Source: Rhynchobatus australiae
Lineage: Eukaryota
Direction of reading: 5' to 3'
DNA length: 32,250 nucleotides
Assembly: GCA_034780895.1 (NCBI GenBank)
Contig: JAUZTB010000087.1
Span: 66,401,230 to 66,433,479 of the forward strand
Part shown: in pieces, positions 12,249 through 22,950 of the stretch
Layout: each line of letters starts with the position of its first letter
Numbering within the stretch: the first letter of the stretch is position 1
Position numbers and translations under genes: made by a program
The notes under the pieces: model-generated
The model's input: the letters and a program-made list of their open reading frames with translations, nothing else
Told to the model about the DNA's origin: nothing
Databases searched by the model: none

Positions 12249-12295
12249 ATGGGTGGTATTACTACTGAACCCATGGATGGTATTACTACTGAACC
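12249..12295. repeat. Tandem duplication, 24-nt period
   Basis: atgggtggtattactactgaacc (12249-12271) and atggatggtattactactgaacc (12273-12295), 1 mismatch. Confidence 0.9.
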
Positions 12296-13834
12296 TATTT
12301 AAATGATCTCTGTTAAATGTTCTGCCTGACTTTTTTTCCTGAGGAATTGCCAAGTCTAAGAAACTTCTATTTATAAACCTTCTGGCATCCTATTCCCCTT
12401 GCTGTTTTGACATCATGCTTCCTCTGAACAGAGTGAACTGTGGTGTAAAGCATGCGTGTCCTATCTGGTCTGGATGATACCTGTTCAGAATCAAACTTAA
12501 AATGAACTTTCACCAATGGTTATTGCAACTCAGCTGATTATCATGGTAATTGCCTGTAAAGGCGAGACTGCTTTGTGGATACATTACATCTTGCAGCTGA
12601 GCCCCAGTAGTAATTTTGCATGCAAGCATGAAAACAGGTGCCAAATGGATGCCATGCTGGTAAAATAAGCCCATTTGAAAGCTTGTTTTTACAGCTTGCA
12701 AATTTGGTCCTGCTTGCTGATTACCATGATTCAAATTTACCTGGAGGTGCTATAGCAGACTTCGACAGATTTCACAAAAACACAGATTAAACAACAGTCG
12801 TGGAGTGACTTCAACAGATATTATTTGGAGGTCTTAATGAAGGAGATCCAGAGACAGTAGTGGGGGAAAAGAGGAGATTAAAAAGATTTAGCTAGAATGT
12901 TATTGGAAAATGTCACACCCTACCCTCCTGTCTCTCTCTTCTGCAACAGTTAGTGCTGTTCTGTTTGACTTTATGTTCTCCATGTATTCCTCCAGCCTAT
13001 ACAAAGCTGCAGCAAAACACTGATGGGCAAACATTCCATTTTTCCTAGTTATTCCTACAAGATCAAACAACAGAGCACTCACTCCACAGGAGGTCAAAGA
13101 ATTTCTACATTTTGCTGAAGTTTGTCATTTACTTTAGAACCTCTCTTCAAACATTCAACAGCAAACAAAAGGTGATGCACCTTTAATTAACACCCGAGAT
13201 CTTCCACAAAAACTAGCTTATTCCCATCAACTGAGTGTTGGCAGGGGTGGGCTTTAGTCTACTCGCCACCAAGTTACTGTGCAGTTTCCTTAAGAAGTGC
13301 TGTCAGGTAACTTAAGTGTCAATCAATCCTCTAATGCAACGATCTGTAATGATCCTCTGAGTGGCCATTCCCAAGACTAAGATGCCACCTTAAGTTCAAC
13401 CAATATTTCATCTTATTACTTATACTAGCCACTTCCAGGGTTCTTTAATACCTGAAATTTTCAGGGAAAATCCTCTTCCTGTCCCCAGTCTACAAGAACA
13501 ATCCTGCCAACTGCTAATGGAGGATACTCAAGAGTGTAGTTATGCCAATCAACTCGCAGTTCAAGGTTATATATGCCTCCAGCCTCATTTGAGATTGGTA
13601 GTTTTCATGGTCAACAGCTACTAGAAGAAGAAACACTGGTATACAGCCATAGTAAGCAGAAGGTTCCAAATTTGTACTAGGGTCCTGAACATTGTTTTGT
13701 TTCTCTACCTAGTCAAGGTTACAGAAAGATACAAGATCAAACCAGGCATGATCTTCCATTTCAATTGTTCCTTCCTCCCAGATGATGGCACAGATCAAAC
13801 GGACAACAAAGCAAAATGGTGGCCAGGTGCAAAC

Positions 13835-13995
13835 CCACACAAGTAGCACTTGTCTTTGAGTTAGGAATGAGATGCTTGATTACAAATTTTAGACTGATAT
13901 TCCAGTGCTGAAGGAATGCTGCATTGTTGGACATTAATATGAAACACTAGAGTATTTGATTTTCAAGCCCGAGTCAAGAATATCTTCCCCAGGGG
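13835..13995 (+). mobile_element. Decayed Deu-domain SINE (SacSINE1-like)
   Basis: gtagcacttgtctttgagttag..agactgatattccagtgctgaaggaatgctgcattgttgga resembles the 5' half of the copy at 24150-24370. Confidence 0.4.
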
Positions 13996-14084
13996 TCTGA
14001 TGCACATAAACAATACAAACTTCGTATCATTTTAAAATTGAAGACATAAAACTAAAATATGGGATGAGGAAATTAACATCGCTT

Positions 14085-15170
14085 CTTCAGGGTGGACATC
14101 AATGACTAATGAAATGGACAGACACAAGTGAATGAAATTTAATGCACGGTAGTCTGAAGCAATACACTTTTCCAGAACGAATGATAAGTGTCATTACAAT
14201 TTAAACATTACAATTTTAAAAGGTGATGCAGGAAAGACCAGAGGGGATTTACATACACAAATCACCAAACTAGAAGAAAAATGCTGTTTCCAAAGAAAAG
14301 CCTTTGGGTTCTTGTGGTCTTTTTTAAACTAATAGAAGCATGGAGAACAGAAACAAGAAAGCTTTGCTAAATTTTTACCATGGATAAGCAAGATGACCTG
14401 GATATTACTACNNNNCAGCGATATTTCCTGGATATTGTAGTGTGGAACATGCTGTTTTTTTTAAAATGTAGTCACTGACTGCCATGCTTCTGGCAGTCAG
14501 TGACTACATTTAAAAAAAACACAATGCTTTAGGATAATTAGGAGTTGAAGATGTTGGATAAATACACCCTTTTGGTCAGGATTTGGATAACTCACCTCTA
14601 TAGAACATAATATTCTAATAATATGGTAAAGAGATGCATATACTTTGGTGACAAGTTTGGTAAGAATTTGAATTACAGAGTGAAAAACTGCATGCAGTAT
14701 CTGCCAAAAAATATACTTTCCTTGGAGTCAGCACAGAATAGATTTGCTGCACCAAGTTCTGGGATGAGGAGAGGTTGAATGAGAATGGCCTGCATTCACT
14801 GAAGTTTGGAAGAATGAGAGGAGAGTTCATTGAGGAATGGAAGACTGAGGGATTGACGGAATAGATGCCAAGATGCTATTTCCCCTGAGTGTAGAGTCTA
14901 GAACTAGGGGACACTGCCTCTAGAGAAAAGATCAACAATTTTAGGACTAAGATGACAAATGCCTTAACACAGATGTTTTGGACTTCACTACTTCAGATGG
15001 CTGTTGGTGCTCAGTCATGAGTACATTCAAGATTGAGATCAACAGATTTTTGGAAAGAAAGGGAATCTGTAATTGGGCAGTACCAAAAACCTGTGGCACA
15101 TTGAAGAGGAAAGCAGGCTCAAGTGCCCTCTTGGCCTACTTCTTCATGTACCCCGAATGTTCTTATGCAG
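14085..15170 (+). mobile_element. CR1 LINE 3' part, decayed
   Basis: EWTDTSEMKFNA-like, HSLKFGRMRGEFIE and STFKIEINRFL segments; CR1-like 3' end near 15110-15165. Confidence 0.75.
14453..14521. repeat. Near-perfect inverted repeat (31-bp arms, 6-nt loop)
   Basis: tgttttttttaaaatgtagtcactgactgcca-tgcttc-tggcagtcagtgactacatttaaaaaaaaca; 21-bp perfect core 14464-14484 / 14491-14511, one extra A in the left arm. Confidence 0.95.
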
Positions 15171-15369
15171 ACCTAATACAATCGGTTCCAGTTCCACTTT
15201 TTGGCATTATGTTGTTAAATTCCTTCATCAAAAATGCATACTCTAATATATTCTGTATCAGAGTAACAAAAGAGGATTTGGGACATAGAAGTATACCAGA
15301 TGAGCCAAAACAAAAAGGTGAAGAGATATTTTTGTGGAAAAAATATCCAACAGAGAAGGCAGCAATTCA

Positions 15370-15720
15370 TGACTGGAGATTGGCACATACAGGGTTCAAG
15401 ACTATTGGGTCCTGGATGTAAATGTAGCTTAGAATATGGGTAACAGCGATAATTTTTTCTGGTGGAAAGCAAAGGTTCATTGTGCAACTAGGATCAGCAA
15501 GTCTGGTGACATGTTGGCAAGGCATCACGGACCAAACAGCCTCTAGCTCTACTGGAAAGTTCCATGGTAATCAGAACTTTAATCCTAATCAGCAAAATAA
15601 TGCACAAACTAACTGACAACTGCAGTCAGACAGAGGAAGGAAGAGCTGAGTTTTCTCAGAGTCTGGGTTCAAAGAGAGGGTCAATCTGGAAGAAACTTCC
15701 CTCCCTGCTTAGTAAATGGT
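15370..15720 (+). mobile_element. Possible LF-SINE-related ancient SINE
   Basis: gggtcctggatgtaaatgtagcttaga resembles the LF-SINE B-box region, with patchy collinear similarity downstream; from memory, highly diverged. Confidence 0.3.
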
Positions 15721-16169
15721 AAGCCTGACCACAGAGCTTGATGCTGGCGATGGAAAGGAAAAATGTGGAAGAAAACCTTTACCTTTTCCTTTTCCTACAA
15801 CAATGACTGCAAAAGCATTCAATTGTCTGGGATATCCTCAGGTCACAGAAAACACCATGAGAAGCTTTTTTTTTGTTTCAGTAAACACAAACCTTTTAGA
15901 TCTCTGGTTTTCAATCCTGCCTATATTTTGAATGCCTTTTCTTCATTGTTGGTTATATCATGGCATTTCTGATTAGGAAAAAGGAATGAGCAGACAGAAA
16001 ACTGTTGTGAGATGCAGCCATCATGTTGATTCCTCACCTACCCCACTAAAAAAAATTAATACAATAAAAACAAACAGTGACCAAATACCTTTCAGGGAGA
16101 TGGGAGAATTGGTGGGGTGTACCCAGCCAAATGCCTGGAATCATCCCCATAAGTTCTCTTGAGAACTTT

Positions 16170-16285
16170 CATTAGACAGACTTGCAAGAAGACAGCTCAT
16201 CACTACTACCATTCCAAGGAAACCAAATGTACAACAGAATAAAAGCTGGTCTCACCAGTGACATGCACATCTCAATAGTAATTGA
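16170..16285 (+). mobile_element. LINE 3' UTR fragment
   Basis: caagaagacagctcatcactac..aataaaagctggtctcaccagtgacatgcacatc resembles a common elasmobranch LINE 3' terminus. Confidence 0.5.
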
Positions 16286-16639
16286 AAAAGGACTGCAGGA
16301 TGCTCAGAGAATGTGCAAGGCATGACTTGCTTGTGGGAGGAAAGGAGAACAATGTGTTGGATCTACATTTCTCTTGATTAATAGAAGTACGCACAGTCTG
16401 ATTTATCCACACAGTCAGCCATCATCACCTGAATGTCAGCAAGCCTCTTGGACCCAGAGTAGCAGGTACCATAACTTCTGCTTAAGAATGTAGCAGGTTT
16501 GGCATCAATAACCAGTTTGTTTATAACTTCAGGCTTATACCAAATATTTACTTTCCCAATCTTTTATAGGTGTTTAATTTCTTACTCAAAAGGACTGGGC
16601 AGCACAAGAATTTTTATATGACCTGCGGTTCAGATGTAG

Positions 16640-16810
16640 TCTCCTTGCACTAAACATTTATGAAAGACTTGTTAATTATGCACATCTGAACAAAATGGTG
16701 CAGCCAGTCCACGCACAGCAAGGTTCTATGACCAACACTGTAATAATGACTACATAATTAGATTTAGGGATATTGATTGAAGGTTAAATATTATTCATAT
16801 AGCTAGTACA
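16640..16810 (-). mobile_element. Deu-domain SINE 3' half
   Basis: gcagccagtccacgcacagcaagg..ctgtaataatgac..gatattgattgaaggttaaatatt is the antisense of the Deu-domain core (compare 26150-26335). Confidence 0.55.
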
Positions 16811-17040
16811 CTGGTCAAAGTGCTGTAATTTACCCACACTCACAGAAATGTGCTTCAGCAAGGAACCAATATTTCATGTGATGGGAGAGACAACCACAGA
16901 GATCAGTAACCAGTTGGGCAGGTGATTCTACAGGGAAAAAAATTAAAAAGGATAATAAAACAATATGGAAGCCAAGAATGTATTATTTATGAAAATTACA
17001 ATGGGGAGGAATAAATGCTGGAAATCCTGACAAAAAATGT

Positions 17041-17293
17041 TGGTGGCATGGTAGCGTAGCGGTTACCGCAATGCTATTATAGCGCCAGCAATCGGGGTTC
17101 GATTCCCGTCGCTGTCTGTAAGGATGTTCTCCTGTGTCTGCATGGGTTTCCTCCGGGTGCTCTGGTTTCCTTCCACATTCTAAAGACGTACAGGTAGGTT
17201 AATTTGGGGTTTAAAATGGGCAGCGCGCGGACTCATTGGGCCAGAAGGGCCTGTTACCACGCTGTAAATAAAATTTAAAATCTTAAATTTAAA
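17041..17293 (+). mobile_element. tRNA-derived V-SINE (HE1-like), relatively young
   Basis: A box TAGCGTAGCGG (17052-17062), B box GGTTCGATTCC (17096-17106), V-domain gggtttcctccgggtgctctggtttccttccaca, CR1-type tail gggccagaagggcctgtt and AT-rich end; CpGs retained. Confidence 0.9.
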
Positions 17294-17689
17294 AGTCTCA
17301 GATTATTCCATGAACACAAAACCAAAACTTATTATCTGAATACTTCCAAGAACTGAAAATTGTTATGCTCTCAATATTAAATATACTGAATAGTTTTGTC
17401 AGATGAAAATAAGTTACATTTTGCTGAGGTGTGGAAAGCAACTCATTGTTAATCTGAGATATGTACATATTACTATATTGTTCTGAAATTTACTTAAACT
17501 ATTTGACAAGGTGTTATTTACAGCATATTGTTAGCTGTACATCTTTTCTATGAATGATATATGATCGGAGCAGACAGCTTATCTTCTAGCAACAAAACTT
17601 TCAAACTTCCTAGTGTAGAGATAATACAGTTCTTTAAGTTCAAATAAATTGTCCAATGGACACTTTGGAGCCTAAGGCTTATATAGCAA

Positions 17690-18560
17690 TGCCTTGTTTG
17701 AAGAAAGCAACAGGGTGCATCCATATACAATCTTAATAAAGAATATGGCACCAAAGATGACTAAGCTGATGAAAAATGGGAAATAAGCCATGTTTGAGCA
17801 GTTAGGAAAGGAAATTAAAAGTTTGGTCAGAGACTCAATTTAAGAAAGTTTTCTACAATGAAGAAAGAGAACTATGGTTTCTACGAAGTATAGCAGGCAG
17901 ATTTGTACTAATCCAATTAGCCTGCAATACATCAACTTTTTAAAGCATTCCAAAGTGTCCATCGATTTCTCAAGCAGTTAAGAACTATGAAGTTGTTAGA
18001 ATGTGGAGACTGCGGATTGAACAATTTTCTCCAGTATTCATTTTGGTCAGATAGGAGAATGCAGTAAATAGACCACTGTAAACATTTTTGTTTTACAATG
18101 CAACTTTGAATTGCTCGAGCTTCAAGTATAATAAATGCACTTTCTCACTTGACTTCCTTGGGAACTGAAAATGATGCCATCTGCCCAGTATAAGCAGTTG
18201 TGATGAATGATATGTGGTTGGGACCACATCAAAAGGTTGAAATAGCAAGTTTCAGAGGGTAAAAGCAGAATGGGTTAAATGGGAGAGCAATAAAAATGGA
18301 ATGGGGAAAAACACAGAAGGCCAGAAATTATGGTATGAGTAACCAAAATCAATTGGGGCAACAGGGGGATTGAGGATCAGCTTTAGCACTCAAGTTAAAT
18401 GCATGGAAGAAGAATGTTACGAGAATTACAGAATGTGGGTTAGGACACAGAAAGAGGTGTTTTGTACAAGCTGGAGTTTGTAAAGGGAGGCAGGCAGGGA
18501 GGAAGGAGGAATGATAAATATGGATGAAAGCTTGGGTGCTAGTAAAGACAAATAAAATCT
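17690..18560 (-). mobile_element. Decayed L2 LINE fragments
   Basis: aaaagtttggtcagagactcaatttaagaaag..gaagaaagagaa (antisense of the FKxxLKTxLFDQAF end) and further L2-like purine-rich blocks. Confidence 0.4.
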
Positions 18561-19659
18561 ATCAAGATCCTTTAGTACTCCTGTAATGGTTCAGAGTAAA
18601 CTTGCTCCACCCAAGCTTAATATTGCAGTTACCGCTACAAATGTGAGTTGGGAGGCAAAAAATAGATTCAGAAAAATAGAAAGCAATGGCCATCTCTCAC
18701 ACTGTGATGCAGATTATTCAAAGAGATATTTCAAGTGATTGTGTGACACATTTTCAAGAAAAACAAATAACATACAGTAATGCTTGAGTGCATGGTAAGC
18801 AGTCAATGGTTCCTGAACAATATTTTAAATTAAGGAAGTCTTCTAGTTATCTGTGCATTGCTTGTTACTTCATTCATGAGACATCTTTAGCCAGCTCAGT
18901 AGCCCCAAGTTAGCCTGTCAATCTAGTGCCAACCAAATGCATTAATTTCACTTATACACTCATGTCCATTAGCACTAAAGTTGACACTGAAACTATTTTT
19001 TTTGTAGGATCTTTCTAGCCCTCTGAAAAAACTTTAATCACAACAAACTGAGCTTGTTGAAACTGGGTCCCAAAGTCAAAGGTCAGGGTACAAATCCCTC
19101 ATACAACACGACGCATTACCAAACTGTTTTATTGTTAAAAGACACTTTTAACAAACTGTCTTAGCAATTTGGATTACCACTTTCATTTTATTTTGGTCTT
19201 CCTCCGTCTATAGATTTTCACAAATAGGAGTTAAATTTGCATGAAGCAGGTGCAATTCAACCAGCATTTTAATAAACATTAACTTAGAACATATGTGAAA
19301 TAAACACAGGCAAAATTTCAAGATCATTTATTGGCAGTAAGATCAGGCTCCTGGTATTCTGTAATTTCGTAAGTTAGTAGCTCCACTCTGAAAGAGCTAT
19401 CTAGTTATTCTTCTCTCCCCACTCTAGAGTCCTGGAAATATTTTCAAATATATATCTAATCCTCAAAAGTTGCACTGTGAAGAATTAAAAATAGCAGATA
19501 AAATGATCTAACCTTCTAATATCTAAAGCAGATCTATTGAAATTGGATCCTTCAATTACTCCCTGCACCAACTCATTGTGCTATAGTACCAACAATGAAA
19601 GGCAATGCTGAATTAATAGTTTAGATGAAGCATTAGAAGGCAAAAACAAATAACATTAA

Positions 19660-19804
19660 AACATAAACAGAAAATGCTGGACCCTTCAACCTAAAACGAT
19701 GACTCAGCTTCTCTTCCCACAGATGCAGCTTGACCTGCTGAGTATTTTTAGCATTTTCTGTTTTATTTTAGTTTCCAGTGTCTGCAGGTTTTTTTATTTT
19801 CACC
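19660..19804. mobile_element. Short PLE pseudo-LTR derivative
   Basis: Internal inverted repeat aaacagaaaatgct (19665-19678) / agcattttctgttt (19750-19763); imperfect duplication aacaaataacattaa (19645-19659) / aacaaatatcactaa (19805-19819). Confidence 0.75.
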
Positions 19805-20194
19805 AACAAATATCACTAACCTGGCTCAAGTTTAAAAATTTCATTGAAGACCAGAGAACAGAACATTGCATCAAGAATGTTTCAATGTTTTCGCATACTT
19901 AGCGCAGCAGGCTTCCACAGGGAAAAAAAAATGATTGTTTCTAAGGTAATCCATCATTTCTTTGGCATCTCTAGAAATTGGGAAATATGCTAATATGTTT
20001 CAACTCATAGTTTTATCCAAGTGGAATTGTGAATAGTTGACCCCCTTTAGGCATAATTGAATAATGATTACCTTAATGTTCAATTATGATGGCACCACAA
20101 TGACTCGTATAAAACATCTGATACTCCTTGGTTTGTGTAACAATTTAGCATATTGGCTTTATATTTCTGTAACCCAAGTGAAATCCCACAAGAG

Positions 20195-20320
20195 AGACAC
20201 AAGAGATTGCAGATACTGGAATCTGGAGAATTCAGGAAGACAGGCAGCATTGGTGGAGGGAAATGGTCAGGTCAGCATTTCAGGTCAAGACCCTTCATCT
20301 GGACTGCAAGAATGCCACAA
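20195..20320. mobile_element. Short PLE pseudo-LTR derivative with hammerhead-like core
   Basis: Perfect 14-bp target-site duplication aaatcccacaagag (20181-20194 / 20321-20334); minus strand reads CAGATGA AGGGTCTTGACCT GAAA (20301-20278). Confidence 0.85.
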
Positions 20321-20826
20321 AAATCCCACAAGAGTTTGATCAGATGAATGAAAACCACCTTCCTCTGAAAGGATCTCAACTGAGTTTCCACTGCATAAGG
20401 AGTTACAGAACAAAACCATCAATGATCAGAAGTAGATTTTGACACTTCACAGAGGTACAAGGACAACAGGATTAACAAAGCCAGTGAAAAACAATGGTAT
20501 TATTCTTAGACTGGATCAAAAGTGTACTACTTGGAAATGAAAATGTGGGAGCACACAACATGGATTGTGCAACAGTCTGGAACACTGTTCTGTTCCCCAG
20601 CAAGACCCTTTATTTTAATGACCTAGCTTTTTTTAAGAGTTCTAAACAGCAGGCCAAAGTACTGGCAAATGTTCCACTACAAATATGCAACATAAATCAT
20701 GTGGAAATATTCATCTGCGTCCTATTCACTCACATCACACCACTATGAATACAAAGTACACAACCAGTCCATCAGCTGGTCCCAGTCACAATACGCATGA
20801 CCACCTGTACGTTAGTGGTCACTTAC

Positions 20827-20868
20827 CTGCAGTGAAGATTTTTGCCACAAGCATCAGTCTCACTGCAT
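20827..20868 (-). other. Candidate 42-nt internal exon of an unidentified minus-strand gene
   Basis: Acceptor gttgactctgtgcttgccttcag| and consensus donor CAG|GTAAGT. Confidence 0.55.
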
Positions 20869-21203
20869 CTGAAGGCAAGCACAGAGTCAACACCCATCAC
20901 CACAGCCATAACTGTCATATACCATCACCACTCAAATACAAGAAAATGCTCACTATTTTAAAAGACAATATTCCACCGTACATTGTTACTTTTGTTCTGC
21001 CTAGATGTAGGCAAGACTCGTTCAACCCCTAATCTGTGCCAAATCTGTAAATCACAACCAAATTACTAAGCATGGCTGTTGGTTTGGCCTTAGCATTTCA
21101 GATTGCATCCTAGCAACTCCTGACATCAACAACAGGGAAGGACAGAATTATGTTCCCCTGCAGCTTCCAAAAGTCGAACAGCCTTCCAGCTTTTACCGTC
21201 CCA

Positions 21204-21211
21204 TGACGTCA
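21204..21211. promoter_or_regulatory. Full palindromic CRE (TGACGTCA)
   Basis: Exact match about 1.5 kb from the CpG island; a second exact CRE lies at 7760-7767. Function is not shown. Confidence 0.3.
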
Positions 21212-21294
21212 GCACCCAGGGAGTGGTGGCCCAGATCGAGATGACAGCTTTGTATAGTGGAGAGAAGGTGGTTAGAGAAAGAACGAGAACTTAC

Positions 21295-21344
21295 TGTCAG
21301 AAATATATAATACGTAAAGATTGCATAAAATATCTTCTCAATTT
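21295..21344 (-). other. Candidate 50-nt internal exon of the same minus-strand gene
   Basis: Acceptor gttcctttttctag| and donor ACA|GTAAGT. Confidence 0.45.
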
Positions 21345-21537
21345 CTAGAAAAAGGAACTTTTTAACTGGAACACACAGCATATACATGGATCATTCCAAA
21401 CAATTCTGCAACAGCCTGCATGTTCAAACTGTAATACTCCATTAAGCCAGCACACCGGGGACTTGATTGGTATAGGACATAGTTTCCAGACCATTGGATG
21501 TTATTCCTACTAATACCCCAACACACTTTTAATATAT

Positions 21538-21582
21538 TAAACTGCATCATTGTTCAATATACTAAACTGCATCATTGTTCAA
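21538..21582. repeat. Tandem duplication, 25-nt period
   Basis: taaactgcatcattgttcaa at 21538-21557 and 21563-21582, identical. Confidence 0.9.
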
Positions 21583-22703
21583 AGACCACCATGAGGCTGC
21601 TGAGGAAATCTTGTTGATATTAATTGGCCCAATATTTTGCACAGAATAAAAAACAAGAAGCCATTCATATTGAGACTGTTCTTTCCTCCATCTCTTCTCT
21701 TTTTAAATATATATTCAACTCTATTTTAAAAGCTCATTCCACCCATGTTGTACAATGATAATGTGACTTGTGGTTGCAGGAGTGATTAGCAGCAATAGGC
21801 ATGGTCAAGCCACCGTCATGTCATTCCGACTATTCTGCACAGAATCGTNNNNNNNNNNNNNNNNNNNNNNNNNNNNNNNNNNNNNNNNNNNNNNNNNNNN
21901 NNNNNNNNNNNNNNNNNNNNNNNNNNNNNNNNNNNNNNNNNNNNNNNNNNNNNNNNNNNNNNNNNNNNNNNNNNNNNNNNNNNNNNNNNNNNNNNNNNNN
22001 NNNNNNNNNNNNNNNNNNNNNNNNNNNNNNNNNNNNNNNNNNNNNNNNNNNNNNNNNNNNNNNNNNNNNNNNNNNNNNNNNNNNNNNNNNNNNNNNNNNN
22101 NNNNNNNNNNNNNNNNNNNNNNNNNNNNNNNNNNNNNTTATACAGATGTATAAATACTAATGGAGAAAACGAAGAAAATGATTGCACAGAGAAAGGAAGT
22201 ATAAGAGAAAGATGATGAGAGAAAAATACACATTTGGAAGGTTAATTAGCCATGAGCTAACCGCAGCTTCCTGTATCCTATCAACAGCAGTGCGGATAAA
22301 TTCCAGCCAAACCGGACCATCAGTGTGGACAACATAATAATTTCCACCAAACTAATGTCAACGTTCCAGGCTTATGCCTTTTAGCCCCATTTTCAGGCAA
22401 ACAAAACAACTTTCGGGCAGACGTCCCTTTAAGAAATTGGGAGCAGCGCCACTGGGGAAGAGTTCGCCACCACATCCCACCAGCGATTGGTGCACAGTCG
22501 GTGCCCCAATAGGTTGCTTACAGTAAACATTAACACTTCACCAGGCAGCCTGAGCATCACGCTTCCTCGCTCTCTGACACGATGCGGGTGGAATTTGAGG
22601 GGGAAAAACTTCCGCTGTCTCACCCTGCACTGCAAAAAAAAAACCTGGGGGAGAGAACCATCCAGCGGGCGTGGGCTCCCCGCTCTCCCGCTCTCCCACT
22701 CAC

Positions 22704-22780
22704 CCATCCAGCTTCGGTGCGGGGGCGGCGCTGGCGCTCGAGCGGGCGCGCGCCCTCCCTCGTGGACCAGCTGGTGACGG
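22704..22780 (-). other. Candidate first exon of the minus-strand gene (5' end approximate)
   Basis: Consensus donor ATGG|GTGAGT at 22704/22703 inside the CpG island, downstream of the CCAAT box; contains ATG at 22707-22705. Confidence 0.6.
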
Positions 22781-22829
22781 CCGGCGCGCGCCCCGGCTGC
22801 CAATCAAACTCCTCGGCGCTCTTTTCCTC

Positions 22830-22950
22830 TGAATGCAAGTCTCTGCCCCTGCTCAGTCCCGGCGATGTCTTGCACTGCACCTAACTCCTTTCCCTACCAT
22901 CTCCGCCTGCGCTGGCAGCTCTGGACTCTTGCACCGAACCCTCGCCGATG
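22830..22950 (+). other. Candidate first exon of a divergent plus-strand transcript (5' end approximate)
   Basis: Pyrimidine-rich UTR-like sequence ending ATG|GTAACT at 22950/22951, followed by T-rich intron-like sequence; no convincing second exon in the window. Confidence 0.4.

Noticed and set aside
12924-13054. Candidate 131-nt minus-strand coding exon (ITRKNGMFAHQCFAAALYRLEEYMENIK..)
   Set aside because: The donor GTAGGG is mediocre, an equally good acceptor exists on the plus strand, no homolog is recognised, and the block may be transposon-derived.
17041-17115. tRNA gene
   Set aside because: The A and B boxes run into a V-domain and a LINE-derived tail, and no full cloverleaf is evident; it is a SINE head.
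21197-21293. Alternative exon ending ATG GGA CG|GTAAAA
   Set aside because: Its acceptor overlaps the stronger GTAAGT donor of the 50-nt exon and its own donor is weaker.
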